Assembly: GCF_002113885.1 (NCBI RefSeq)
Contig: NW_018406469.1
Span: 244,105-308,104 of the forward strand
Direction of reading: 5' to 3'
DNA: 64,000 bases
DNA from: Mizuhopecten yessoensis
Taxonomy: Eukaryota
Part shown: one piece after another, positions 1 to 13,005 of the stretch
Position numbering within the stretch: the stretch's first letter is position 1
Layout: each line of letters starts with the position of its first letter
Made by a program: the position numbers and the translations under genes
The notes under the pieces: generated by a model
What the model saw: the letters and a program-made list of their open reading frames with translations, nothing else
Told to the model about the DNA's origin: nothing
The model's database searches: none

Positions 1-3000
1 CTGCATGCGCTGATGACTCAATTCTCTAGTGGCCTGGTCTGACCTAATCGTAAAAGACAATGAATGCTAGATTACCAGTTCTTTGTGCAGTCGGTACCAC
101 ATGCTGACGTCAACATGCACCTTGACAATGCTTCCACTGGGTACTCTGCATCAGTATGGTTCAGGATTCTTAAAAACCCGTTCATTGATCAGGGGGGACT
201 GATGACAGATGGTGAAGCTGTATAGTCGTATAATACCTGGCTGGAGGCACTGCGCAGTATTAATTACTGTCTCAGGTACCAGTACAGCAGTCATCAATAC
301 ACAGACAGGTTTAAATGAATCACATTATAGGAGCTTTAATTCTGAAATGAGGACAAATTTCAGATCAATAGAAAAATCTGTAGGTGCAGTATTTAGCCGA
401 GAATCCATATATATAACGGTCATAAAACAGACATGCATCACAGTAGTGTCAGATATATTTAACACCGGTGCTAACCAGGGAATCCATCACTATACCTGTA
501 CACATGTATAATGAAGACGACCTGACCTGCCCATATCATATTAACGAAAGTAGTGTGAAAGTAGTGTAATGAATTTAAGTCACGTTTAAATAACCACTGT
601 TAAGGTTGCTAAAGGAATGTCAGATGACACAACTAATCTGGAGGTCATCAAATCTCAAGGTTATATACACCAGTTTTATGGGATTTACATTATACATGTA
701 ACAGAGATTTTCATTTTCTGTCACTTCTCCCATACAACTGTCATGACTGAAGTTTTATTTTTTGTATCGTATTGTAGCATAATCTACTGTAAACCATAGT
801 AAACCCTGTTTAACGTCTGTCCATAGATTTTTTTCCACAACCCAACATTTTATATTTAACTTATACCGTAACTATTCTACTGTATGTATCTGAAAGGATT
901 TTGAAATATTCCCCCTTACGACGTAAAAGAAAACAGTGTGACGGTTAAAGTTCATTTGGCAGTTGGGGTTAGGTGTCAGGTAGTCAATAGGTACCAATTT
1001 TGCAGTAAGTGTCCAGTATGTGTCTACAATCTTCCAAATTCAAAAGGAGACATTCATAGGTTGTTATATATTTGCATAATTCTTTAACTGTACCTCGATC
1101 AACAGTCATGTTTCAAAAATCTATGTACATGTAACAGGAATGCATCAAACATTTACGATATAGCCAGGATACAAACATCAAGTGCTAACTTTGAATGACA
1201 TTAATATGACATGTTTAGTGGCGGGTAATGTTAGATAGCATAACCAATAACCTGTCCTGTCCTATAGTTAGTGGTGAAACAATGTGACGGCACTGGGGAG
1301 TTTTGGCAGGCCATGGTTGATATATCACATCCTCAATACTGTTGTCTACATCGCTTAGTGTACCTTACATTGATGGTGCTCCAAGAAAACTTACCCAGAG
1401 CAGTGTTTCCGACACAAAATCAATCATTCTGGAGCTCTGAAGTAGTGTTCTGGGAGTCAGAGAGCACCGTTTCCCTATCCTTTACCCACGGTACATTCAC
1501 AAGTGTATTACACATTACCGAATACAATCTTCCTTACCCCCCATTTGTCTGACAATATACTGTTACAAAACACACAGAACTGTAAAGAATATCTGAAACC
1601 ATACATTGCAACAAAACTAATGAATTATTTGTTTTGAACATATATTACATACACTTTACACTTCAGTTAATGCAAAATATGGCCTTTAGGTGTTTTGAGT
1701 TCACCAACAGAATAAATAGTCACATTTCCTGAAGACTTTTCAATCATATCACATAAATTATGAATTATTTCACAATAGACATGCCAATATTTATGTAGGG
1801 TCATCATAACAAACCCAGCAAGAACCAACTGTCAAAACAACAGCTAAAACTATTAACCATCAGAATAAACAGTCTGTCTATAAGAGGCACGCCCTACCAC
1901 CAATGAAAATCCTTTAAAATAAACATCCCAAGCCGTATTAATGGAAATAAAAAAAAATTAAAATGATGGAAAAATTAAAATGATGGAAATCTTTTCCAAT
2001 TTACGAAATTTCTCTGTCATCACCTATAGGAGTATGAAAACATTCAATATTTTGAAACAATACTATGATATTACATGAACAATTGTGAAATACAATGTCA
2101 CAATCAGCTCTTGGCAGAACAGGTAATGTGAAAATAAGAATAAAAAATACAATTAAACATAGTATTGAAAAGTTGGTCATTCCTTACGGTGAGATATATC
2201 AATATGGGTGAAGTGTCTGTGTCGTAAAATCACGGTGGGGGATGATTCAATTAATCATCAATTAACAGTATTGATGGAAATATCATCAACTTAAGCTGTG
2301 TTGATAGACTTACTAAATATCATCAATACCACATGGTGTGAGATCTACTAGATAATATTTCAATCACGTGCCCGAGCCCACGTTCTTATGTTCCTCTCGT
2401 AATAATAAATTTCATCAGTTTTAAATCACATAAAATGATATCCCCATCATTGCTAGTACTTGAGAGCAATCAGGGTCTATTTCTCAACCGACGTGTCTGT
2501 TGTGAACAGATAAATATTGACATAGGAGGAAAGTTGGCAATGTCCTATACCTGCTTAATAGAAATATTGGAAATGTTTACTAAATGAGAAATTGATAGGG
2601 TGTATAGAAATTCAGCGGGACCTCGTCATAAATGATGTATTGCACATGCTGGTATTCGAATTTGAAAACATTAAACCAACCATAAGTACTTGAGATTTTA
2701 TCACCCGTCAACACTTTTAAAGATATTAAAGCTCATTCAGTACAACTCATTCAATGCCAGTTTCAATAGAGCTATGTTTACAAATTCCGACTGATTAAAA
2801 TCCCCTCAGGATCATCTTTACCTCTAGAAGGAAGAAAACTGGTAATCCAATAGCATTGCCTGTATTTCTGTGGCTGACCTTGTGATCTCCTTGGCTTGAA
2901 CAGTATGTCAGAGTTTAGGGTACAGATGTTGGCTTACTCAATACACTATGGTGTATCACCTGTGTTCTATGAGTTTACGACCTTGACCCCATGACCATGT

Positions 3001-4206
3001 AACACAGGTTTATGCTACTGATGGTGGATTATAGAACTTATAGTACTGATGGTGGGTGGTAGTACTGATGGTGGACCCGGGTTACTGGCATGATCAATTC
3101 ACCATAGTAAATTTATTGTTCTATGAATGGATTACCTTGACCTCATGACCTCATGACCCAGGTTTATGGTATGGTGGACTCCTGATCAATACTCTTTAGT
3201 ACAGTATGTATATATCAGTTCTTTGGCATGATGACCTTGACCCCACAACCACAGTAACATGGGTTTACAGTTACACCTGGGTTACTCAATACACTATCTT
3301 GATATGCATGACCCTATAACATGTTCATGGTACAAATGATAGGTGACCCAAAATATCAAGTATTCAAAGAGAATATAAACTTGACCCCAGGACTTCGTCA
3401 GTGTGACACAGATTTAAGGAACACATGAAGTGTTATTTTGTTCACCACTGTTCTATGCTTGTATAACTAACTATCAGGCCCCTATCATGACATGGCGGTT
3501 GTGCTATAGATAGGAGGTAATGTAATTCCCTAAAGTGGATTGTTTATCAACCAATCTGTGCCCCCTTATCTATAAGTAAGGAGAAGCATTTATTGGACCT
3601 ACATGTCTGCTGATTATTATCCTCATCAGTCTCCGACCCTAGCTACAGTAGTTCTACCACCCAGCATCAACATGTTGACATTTGTCTACATGTTCAAACA
3701 GTACTAAGAAGTGCATAGTTATTACATATATATATCTAAAATCACTGCTTCAAGAAGTACATCAAGTATATATCATAGTGCTCTAAAATGGATATACATG
3801 TATATATCCAAAATTAAATAATAAGATTATCACACCTGAATATTTCCTCTGTATAGATTACAAAACCTACAAATAAAATCAGTCATGAAATGATATGTTT
3901 AGATACCATGCAGATATATATATATCTAATAGTCTTTTAGAACTGAATTCCCTCAGAGGATCTCGGAACGAACAGGTGATGGGAAGTTCTCAGAACCAGC
4001 TGAACCTAAAGTTAACTGTAACAGATGGTTAATTAATTATCTGATGTAAAGCAGAGATTTAAAGTACCATTTTGTATCTGGTAACCTTTGATTCTGTCGT
4101 TTATCATATTCTAAGATGTACCACACAGCTATAAGTGTCTGACAGCCCTGTAGATCAACTTTCCCTGTATCATAGGGCTTTCTGCTGTGAGTATAAAGGC
4201 ATATTT

Positions 4207-4264
4207 AAATCATTCACCCCTCAAGACACATTTGAACTACTCCAATTCAAAGGTGAATGAGTTA
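4207..4264. mobile_element. Truncated short MITE of the family also seen at 24202-24290
   Basis: Inverted ends tcattcacc...ggtgaatga. The internal ttgaactactccaattcaaagg matches the 24.2 kb copy in reverse orientation. Confidence 0.45.
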
Positions 4265-5102
4265 TATCGCTAATTTTTGTCAATTGTTAGCTAACTTTCC
4301 TTAACTACAAAACATATTTTAGTGACTCAGTTTTCAAATGTTTTAGGTGTAATTATATACTTCTGGGTTTTTATTGAGAAAAAAAGATTGGACACTTTAT
4401 TCTTGTGAAATTAACACCTACTGAAGCAATTCTTAAGACCACCAAAGGGTGTTGATCACCATCCAGTATATATATAGCCAAGAATTGATTCTGAACGAGG
4501 GAACTGTCCAGTACAAGTTCATAAAGAAATGTGTCACCACTACTATAAACAGTACCTGTAAGGTTACATGCCTCCCAGCTGTCAGCACCTGACACAGCTG
4601 TAACATATCATTGGTATGTATCAATCTGTTACACCAGCATCAGCTCCCTACATGTTGTAATCACAACTGTACCACATAAACACATACAGTAGTGTTGGAC
4701 AGAGGCCATCTGTACACAACTCATGACAATATATTTAATGAGCAGCATTTCTAATGACATTCATTCAGCATTATTTTCAGCTTAGCGTGTCACAGCTTCA
4801 CCAGTCTGATTACTTTCTAGTACAGCCTCATTATCGTCACACCTGCAATCTCGTTAGTGCAGGTCGAGGTATTCAAAATCTTCACACCTGTAAAAGTTCT
4901 TATTTCAATCACTGTACAAGCTTTGTAATACACAATTCACAATCGTACTGGGAGGGAGGTTATGGGGGTTCCCCTTTTTAAGGATCACTGCAGGCAATCC
5001 ACTGGAGAGTTCACTGTAGGATTTTGTTTTTATAGCTATTACCTCCCCTTTATTTGGTTTTGGATATAACAGTATAATGCGTAATCAAATGGGCCAGGGC
5101 AC

Positions 5103-5402
5103 TTCCGTTGACCAGGTAGCTCAGTTGGTTGGTCTCAGGCCACTGAATTTTTACACTCAGAACATTGTTGTTGATTGCTTTTCATTTATCTAATCCCTAG
5201 AAGACTTTATTTCATAAAAGACCCCCACTCCCCCACCCCCCAAAGATGTATTTTCTTTTTAGAGTTTTTTTACAGGGATCCTAAAACCACCAATTATATG
5301 GTCTCAAAGTACTGTGAGGTATGTAACGGTGTCCCCCTTGGTAATACACCCATCCTCATATGACCCTGCTGTCAAGAGGACATTTAAAACCACAAACAAA
5401 TA
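5103..5402 (+). mobile_element. Degenerate tRNA-derived SINE with a Meta-SINE-like tail
   Basis: 5' A-box-like ggtagctcagttggtt (about 5115-5130). The 3' tail catatgaccctgctgtcaagaggacatttaaaaccacaaacaaataaa resembles mollusc Meta-SINE ends as I recall them. Confidence 0.5.
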
Positions 5403-7184
5403 AAATTATTAATACACTCTGACTGCAGACAAGCACTGACTCTAAGGACCAAAAATTAATGCATAGTGTTCCTCTTTTCCAGGAAATTTGCTGTTCCAGA
5501 CATTTTTTACAGATTACCAACACAATTGCCTTGTATTATTGATGTTTCCATTTTCTCAGGAACTAAAAGTATAACTTCTAAACTGCTCCATCTGAAACAT
5601 TTACAGATTACATACACATCATTTCAGACCAAGCACCAGGGCTTTCTTGGATTTACAGGCCTAACAAAACAACTAAACCTGATAGTTTTTTTTAATCCAA
5701 AACAAACTAAATTCCACCTGAACTAAATGAAATTAAATTTTGGTATCTCCGGTCTTTCCTCATTTTGATTTTTGTCCATTAGCGACTGGGCCTTAGGGCC
5801 ATTACAGTAAAGAACAAATTATTGCCGGCTTTCTAATGGGCATTTTATAATCCATTCAAACCTGCTTTTTTGCCATCTCAAACACTTTTTTTATACTGTC
5901 TGTTTTAAAGTACATCATTGTATTTACAACAATTAATGCAGAATAATCTATTAGGAAACAGTGGTTAATATTATTCGAGAGAAACTGGCGTATCCCTCAC
6001 AGATAGTGTAGTTCTAGAGAGACTGGTATAAAACAGTGTAATTATGGTCAACTCAGAGATTTCAGACCAAAATATTTAAAAGGACATTGTATCACACTTG
6101 GGTCTCAGATTGGAATACATTGTATATAGAACAAAATAGTATGGTACACAACACTAAGGTTACAGATAGGAAAAGAAGAGAAACACAACAGATAGCTATC
6201 AATACCAGTAACCATTGCACGGCGCCAAAACTACCGTTTACTTACATAGCAATAGCTACACCAACGAAACAGGGCAAGCACGGAAATATTACTGCCTTTA
6301 TTGAATTTAGTTCATGGTTACAACAGTTTTTCATTTGTGCTGTGAAATAATCAATAGCGTTCTCTTTCCCAGGACTCCCACATATCTGCTGTGGCAGTCA
6401 CCGCTAACCATCAAACCTTAGTACAGAACACCCTTGTTGGCTAAAAGGAACAGCCTGACCCCTTGCAGAACAAGCAGGCACCTTCATACAACTAACAGAA
6501 CCTGTGAATAGTTTTGTACTAGTCCCTGCAATTTAAACAATACAAGGCAAACAGTTGTATCAAACTCTAGTTACTGCAGTCAGAATTTCCAACATCAACT
6601 TGATAAGACATTAATTTTTGTTTTGTATTCAATGACTGGAACTTTACTGGAACTGTCACGAAAATCAAAGTATATGTATATGACATTTTTCTGAAGAGCA
6701 TTTTTTGTTATGAAGTACAGAATACAATCACTTTTCATTTATACCACTATAACCGGTAATTAGAATTAGGAGAGGTTCAAGACCATGTAAACAGATCACA
6801 AATAGTGATAGCTGGTCCACAGTGATTGCTGGCACAGCACCAGTACCAGTGATAAATTATGACTCATCCCTGTATTAGGGTTAAAATACAATCAATAGTA
6901 CTTGAATTAGTGATTACACATAGATGTCTAATTAAATTCTGTGATATAATATATACATTTTGTAGATATGTATGAACAGAGGACAACACTGGGAAACTGT
7001 AGTAACTCATCTTTGACCAAAAAAAAGGAAATGAAAATTACCTGGTTATGCCATCAGGTCCAACGAGATCACAGGAAAACTTAAATGTTCCCTCAACTGT
7101 TAATGCTAAATTACCGGACATTAAAAACCATAACTTTAATTATTTTACAACAATTATGAAACAAGTTTTTACAACTGATATTAA

Positions 7185-7370
7185 TTATCACTCTTGTTGG
7201 CCCAGATATTAGCGCAGGGTCTTAATGTGGGAAGAAACCAGAGTACCGAAGAAAACCCACATGGTCGGACAGGTGACCCCATACCTGTTCATGTTCGATC
7301 AGGGAATCGAACCCTGGTTGCCTTGATGAAAGGCAAGTGCTCTATCCACTGTGCCACACGACCACCGCAC
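7185..7370 (-). mobile_element. tRNA-derived SINE with V-domain-like core
   Basis: Minus strand has an A box (gtggcacagtgg) and a B box (gggttcgattccc), followed by gtgggttttcttcggtactctggtttcttcccaca, which is close to the V-SINE core GTGGGTTTCCTCCGGGTGCTCCGGTTTCCTCCCACA. Confidence 0.75.
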
Positions 7371-10300
7371 ATAAAGGTCACAGCATTGTAAAATATTATA
7401 AAAACTAAAACAAATTTATTTCTGCTAACAAATTTATTTCTGCTGACAATGTTTAAATTGTGCAAGATGTTTATAACCAGTAACTGATAAATATTTTTTC
7501 CAAGGCTAGATAACAACATTAAAGTTGATATCAGCTAACAGATTTATAATGCCCCACTTCACAAAATCAATAGGTAAATGTCACATTGAAAGTTTCATGC
7601 GACATTTGGGGATACAATGTTATCTGAAGAGAAATTGATGAAAATTACAGACAATGATAACACAGCTAACCAATCACACCACAGGAAATGACAGTACGAC
7701 AACCAATCAGGTGGCTAGAAATGTAATAGGACGACCTCAACATTTGACCTTCGGTGAATCAGGACAATCCCAGTCACTTGTGAAACATCTATTATGCAAA
7801 GTAGATATAGAATTAAAGTTTAGGTGATGCATGCATTGTACAGCTCAGTAAATCACCTCCAGCTCATTAAGTCATTGCCTGTAGGGAAACCACGATGTTC
7901 CCAGAAGTAATGCATCTGTGTACATAGTATAGTTGTATGCAAAGTATTGTTATGTTTCTGTTACATTATCCACTTGCCAGCTAAAAGGATGCACCCGGTC
8001 TCCAACCTCTTCCCTTAAATCACAATGTGTAGACTTGTATACTGTACCATCTCTGGGACCAGCTGCCCAGTTCCTATCAGAAGGTTTGGGGGGCACATGG
8101 CCCTGATGGACTCCCTTATCTACTGTACTGTCTGCGTACTGGGCAGGAAGTTCACCTCTTATACAATTTATTGGAAACAAAAATAAAGTGTACTTATATA
8201 ATCACAGCTTCATCATCTTCAAACAAGGTTCCTGTACTTCTCTTTGACATCATATATATACATATATATGACAAACGTTTTATTGATGGACATGAAGACT
8301 GGATGCAATGCATTCTAGCTTACATGTACAAAGCTTCTAACTATCAATATATTTAGTCAATTAGAAGTATCTGACTTTGACATGATATTCAGTTCACCAT
8401 TGATCTTCTAGTTGAAGATATACTTGAAGGTGGTATATGATGCACCTCTCATCATTTTTCTATCTTTTGATGAAAACCTGTACCTTTTTTCAATGGAAAA
8501 ATGCAGTGGTATTTAAAGAAATAAGGAAAACAAATACACAACAATTTGAATAATATAACACTTTCAAGACATTTACCTTTGGTAGAACTTAAAACCTTGA
8601 AAGTGCTAATTAGTATACTTAAACTTATAAACATGTATAAATACGGAAACAGGAAGGAAATTCAGGACACAATTTCCTCAATTGCAGTAAAAATTACTGA
8701 TCATTTTTTGTTTTAATTGTACCATTAAAAACTCTGATTCACTGCCACATTAACTGTCATTGATCATTTTACTGTGGGTCACAAACATTCTCATTTAATA
8801 GACGTGCAAACAATCAAAAATTCAAATACAGAGACACAAATGGTCAGATTTCATGTCTTTCTGATCACTTTACACACCGGGGAAATTAATTCAGATGAAT
8901 TGATAGAAATTGATCAGTCGACGTCAGTCTTGGTTACAGGAGAGGTGCTTTCTACATCCATATGATGCTGATAATATCTTGCTGATAATATGTCACCATT
9001 CACAAATATAATCTGTTTTGAATGCTAATGTTTAACAGCCCTCACAATGGAGTAGATCTACCCCAGTACTATTTCAGCACCTTGTTGAATGTTTTACTGG
9101 ATAAGTATACATAATAGATTCTGTACTCTTTCACGGCTAGTAATAGATTCTGTATTATACTTTCAGTATAAAATCTTGCTGATAATATTCATCAGGGTCA
9201 GCATGAAGCAAATGACAAAGACTTGTGTTAACAGTGGTGAGTATTAGAGAGCGAACATGTGGATGGGGATGGTGTAGGGCGAAAGACAGATTGAGGCCAG
9301 GATATGGTCGGGTGAGCATGCAGCATTAATGTCTAAGTCGGCTGTTGGAAACAAAGAATGGACAGGATATATATATATGGGGACTTAGTCAAAGCTGACT
9401 TGGGTACACTATGTCTAACTATCCATATACCCACACACTGTACACTGTACCGTACGGCTTTTGGTGGCCATTTACAGGTTAGACACTCTGAAGATGCACG
9501 GAGAAGGTACAATGTACCTATACCCCTAATGGACCTTTGACTCATATTATCACAGGTCACATATATAAATTCATTTATTTCTGTCTTCTACCTTGTTTGG
9601 GTTGGGGTTTAATGTTAATCAGATACAGTGTAACACTTCAGTTGATGTTTAACCTAGGCCTCCTACATCTAAAAAAGTCCACTGTAAAACAAGACCAACC
9701 TCAACTCATTGTTCACTGTATCGGTAACATGATTCATAATTTCCATTCTCTGCTATAGCCTATATATTTGTTACTGCTGTCTGCAGAAGCAATTCTAGCT
9801 TGCCCTGTTGAATCCAATCAATCAAAAGTGCTCGTGTCAGAATACATAGAATTTATTTGATACTTATATATAAGAAATTGAATTATGGAAATGTTTATCA
9901 ATTAGTTGACAGGAATGTCAGAATTACTAAATAGTTGGATAACACCAGTTTTATTGCATTATATATATATATATATATATAGGGTTGTGGGTTAATTTAA
10001 TGTAAATATATATGTGAAACTTGATAATACAGCTTATACATGCATGTATCTATATAAAGTAAAAGATACCAGCAGTCCTTCTTTATCTATTGTGGCCTGG
10101 TCGTTCTTGTTATCAGGAAACATGTCAGCTATATCTGTACACGATGATTAGATCACATTCACTTGTCATAGGAATACAAAACATACATTTATTTCCCCTC
10201 TCACAGCTAGTACAAATTACCCAGCGCATGCCTGTCTCAACGACTCGGGACATAACACATTGTTTCCACAGGTACAGCCTAACTGAGCTTTAGTCATTAT

Positions 10301-12212
10301 GATACCATCAACATGCTTCTGCAATGGGAAGTATGTGTATGATTATCATTGATAAGACTACAATCTACAATGCCATATATATATAACCATATGAAGTTAT
10401 TTTCTCTACCTTGGTGAATATTGAGCTTTAAGTTATTTAATTAGTATCTTAGTTTATGAGTTTTAATGCAACCAAATTATAAATAAATACAGATTATATT
10501 TAACAAGGAATGAAATTAAACACAATTAACACTTCAGTTTTAAAGTAGTTTTGTTACATGTGTCACAAATGTATGAGTATATCCGTATATTATACTTGCA
10601 GTGTGTATTGTATGACAAAGTAATGACAATGAACAATTAATACATGTCTCGCTAATTGTGTGTACAAGATCAAAGGTCACAAAGGCAAGGAATCTGTCAT
10701 GTCTGTCAGGCAACCAATGCCAGGTAAGTAGACCTGTGTACTGATAGACCAATACTGCTCTTCCATACAGCATAATAAACGTTAAAACCCGTTCTAACAT
10801 TCCTTTTCTTTTGTATTCCAAAGCTTGTGGCTACCTCAAACAGTATACACAATTGTACAAAGTTATGTGAAACTGTTGACTCATCAGTGAATTAGGTTAC
10901 CAGGTATGCATGTAAGAAGTCACTGCTATTTAATGATGAAAATCTGGTATTGGTTGTACATTAAGGCATGTAAATACATGCGCCACCTTTAATACTGATT
11001 TGACTTGCTCTCTTAAACAGTAATTTGAACTATATTTGTGAAGGTATTATATCAAGTCATCAATACCAGGCTTAGAATATCACACATGCATGTAGTTTGT
11101 CAATTTTTATCTTCAGAAATACCCATTTAACATTTCTTTGTATTCACACAAAGGACAAGAATGTTTTTGCAGGAAGCCTATTGGGATTCAATGGAAGCAT
11201 ATATGTTTCACTTCGGAGAACATACTTATACATAACATAACAATATACCCAGGTAATCTACTGAGTTACATACAATCATAGCTCAGTGTTACACTCCCGG
11301 TACTTGGTAATGCACATAGACCACAATGTATGTCACCAACGTCCTCGCAATCCAAGTCTATGTTAAATATGTAGGACTTAATACAATATTCTTCACTATT
11401 GTCAGGTAAATCTCTAATAATGAAAACATTTCCTTCAGACAGGGGACTTTCACCCATTGTCCTGACTCCATGTTTAAGTTGTGTGAAAGGTGTCTCACTA
11501 CCCTTTGACATCATATGGGAAACCTAGTTTTATCAAATAACTGATCAGCGTTAAGGTCTAATAATTATCTGCTGTAAGATGTACCTAGCTATCCCCTTTA
11601 TCTATTCAAACTAACTAAACTGCTGATAGATCTAGAGAAACAGGAAGTGTTCAATTGATTCTATGTAAATTATGTTGAATTTATTTACAAACATGCAATA
11701 AACGTATAACAATTCAGTGATCAAGGATTTGTTTTGAGATTCAAGGTCATTTAAAATAGATTAAAAATCTATAAAACACTTCCACACAGACCTACTGTAT
11801 TGTATCACTCATTTGTTGAATCCACTGAGTGAAGGCAACCTTCAAGGCTGACTTTAAAAGGTTGAAGTCAGCTTCCTCATTCCTTAAAGATATCTTTTCA
11901 GCAGCCAAACTTTAACAACATATCATTACCCATTACTAATAGGCATAAAATAAATGTCTTTATTTTAAAAATTATGAGTCATTAAACCTTAAAAAAAAAT
12001 ATTATGCAGCATTATATAAGTTGATTTGGTCCTCGTTTGTAGGTTAATCGTCAAATTGTTTTTGCCGTACCAAACTCCTGTCAACTCTTACAGCGACTCA
12101 GATATTTATGTAGCGAAATGAGGTAACTATAAGTTTAATATTTCTCTGATAACAACACAAGAATGTGTACTGGATTGTCCCAAACGAATAGGACATTGTG
12201 TACTTTGCTTAC

Positions 12213-12387
12213 CACATGGATCGTAAACTGATTTTATAGCAGACGAATTAGTAGCACGAGCGGACACCTTGGGGTCACACGGGGTCACATATGTCAATAA
12301 CGTCACGGTTCGCCGAACAAAAACGGAAGCATTAAGGTGATGATATGATGCCGGTGTTGACAATGACATCCACCCCTCTTTCCGCAT
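12213..12387 (-). CDS. Candidate alternative first coding exon of srGAP (58 codons + 1 nt)
   Basis: ATG-initiated frame MRKEGWMSLSTPASYHHLNAS...VYDPC ends at TGT G|gtaagc. This is a phase-1 donor, the same phase as the canonical srGAP exon 1. No homology recognised. Confidence 0.4.
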
Positions 12388-12551
12388 CGGAAGTAACTGT
12401 AGTTACAAACGAGTAATAAATCCGGGGTCTCCCAGGAAGGAAAGAGACGTGAGCACTGTCTCAGACGACCGAACAAATGACATAACCATCGCATGTGTAG
12501 CGATACTTTATATCAGCAATGTTCACTTAATTGTTCTTTTATTTTACTTAC

Positions 12552-12618
12552 CCCTCGAATGATAATCGAATTCCAGCGCCAGTTCTTTTTCCTTTTTGGC
12601 TTTCCTTTCGGTTGCCAT
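12552..12618 (-). CDS. SRGAP: srGAP (SLIT-ROBO Rho GTPase-activating protein), first coding exon; the rest of the gene lies left of the window
   Basis: Translates MATERKAKKEKELALEFDYHSR + G|gtaagt. This aligns without gaps to human SRGAP2 MTSPAKFKKDKEIIAEYDTQVK (K6, K8, K9, E/D10, K11, E12, E16, F/Y17, D18, R/K22). It has 67 coding nt and a phase-1 donor, matching my recollection of vertebrate SRGAP exon 1, and it is divergent from FAM72. No exon 2 was found in 1-12200. Confidence 0.8.
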
Positions 12619-12674
12619 GTCTTTATTCGGGTAGATCCTTAGCTGTCAGTTGTGCACATAAAACATATCCTTAC

Positions 12675-12681
12675 CGATCAT
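12675..12681 (-). CDS. Candidate upstream alternative first exon of srGAP (ATG ATC G|gtaagg)
   Basis: Consensus donor G|gtaagg at 12674, preceded by an in-phase ATG (phase 1). It could equally be a non-coding exon end. Confidence 0.35.
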
Positions 12682-13005
12682 CACTTCTCGAGCTACCCGA
12701 AAAAGGTCAACTACAGCATTGTGGGTAACATGGAAATCTCGTGATGCAATCCGGGATAACACGAGAGCGCACTTGCTTAGAAACAACATTGCCGATCAGC
12801 CAATCAGAATCCATTTAACAAATTTGACAGCTGACGTAAAACCAATGAGAACCCAGTTTTCAGATGTAAACATACGCCACATGTACGTAGTCAGACGCCG
12901 GTTTTACGCATGAAACAGTGCTGTACCAAATATATAGTTATTACAGCCATTGATCAGAATTCTCTGTAAGCTACGGAAACTTCTTCCAGCTTAAATCATT
13001 ACAAT
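12682..13005. promoter_or_regulatory. Compact bidirectional promoter between srGAP and FAM72
   Basis: Locally CpG-richer. CCAAT boxes at 12800-12804 and 12842-12846, TGACGT CRE half-site at 12832-12837, forkhead GTAAACA at 12866-12872, and RFX X-box-like motifs ggtaacatggaaat (about 12724) and cttgcttagaaac (about 12772). Lies between two divergent ATGs. Confidence 0.7.

Noticed and set aside
1388-1430. Minus-strand donor TGG|gtaagt with a short ATG frame inside srGAP intron 1
   Set aside because: The ATG frame ends in phase 0, and the phase-1 frame has a stop and no ATG. At most a non-coding exon, with no support.
4550-4625. Minus-strand CAG|gtactg with short ORFs as a possible srGAP internal first exon
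   Set aside because: Weak donor, no ATG in the phase-1 frame, and no homology.
7300-7370. tRNA-like sequence with A and B boxes
   Set aside because: Continues into a SINE core and has a related truncated copy at 37.4 kb. It is a SINE head, not a tRNA gene.
1-12100. Numerous 60-100 aa ORFs
   Set aside because: No recognisable homology or coherent splice structure; consistent with chance ORFs in srGAP intron 1.
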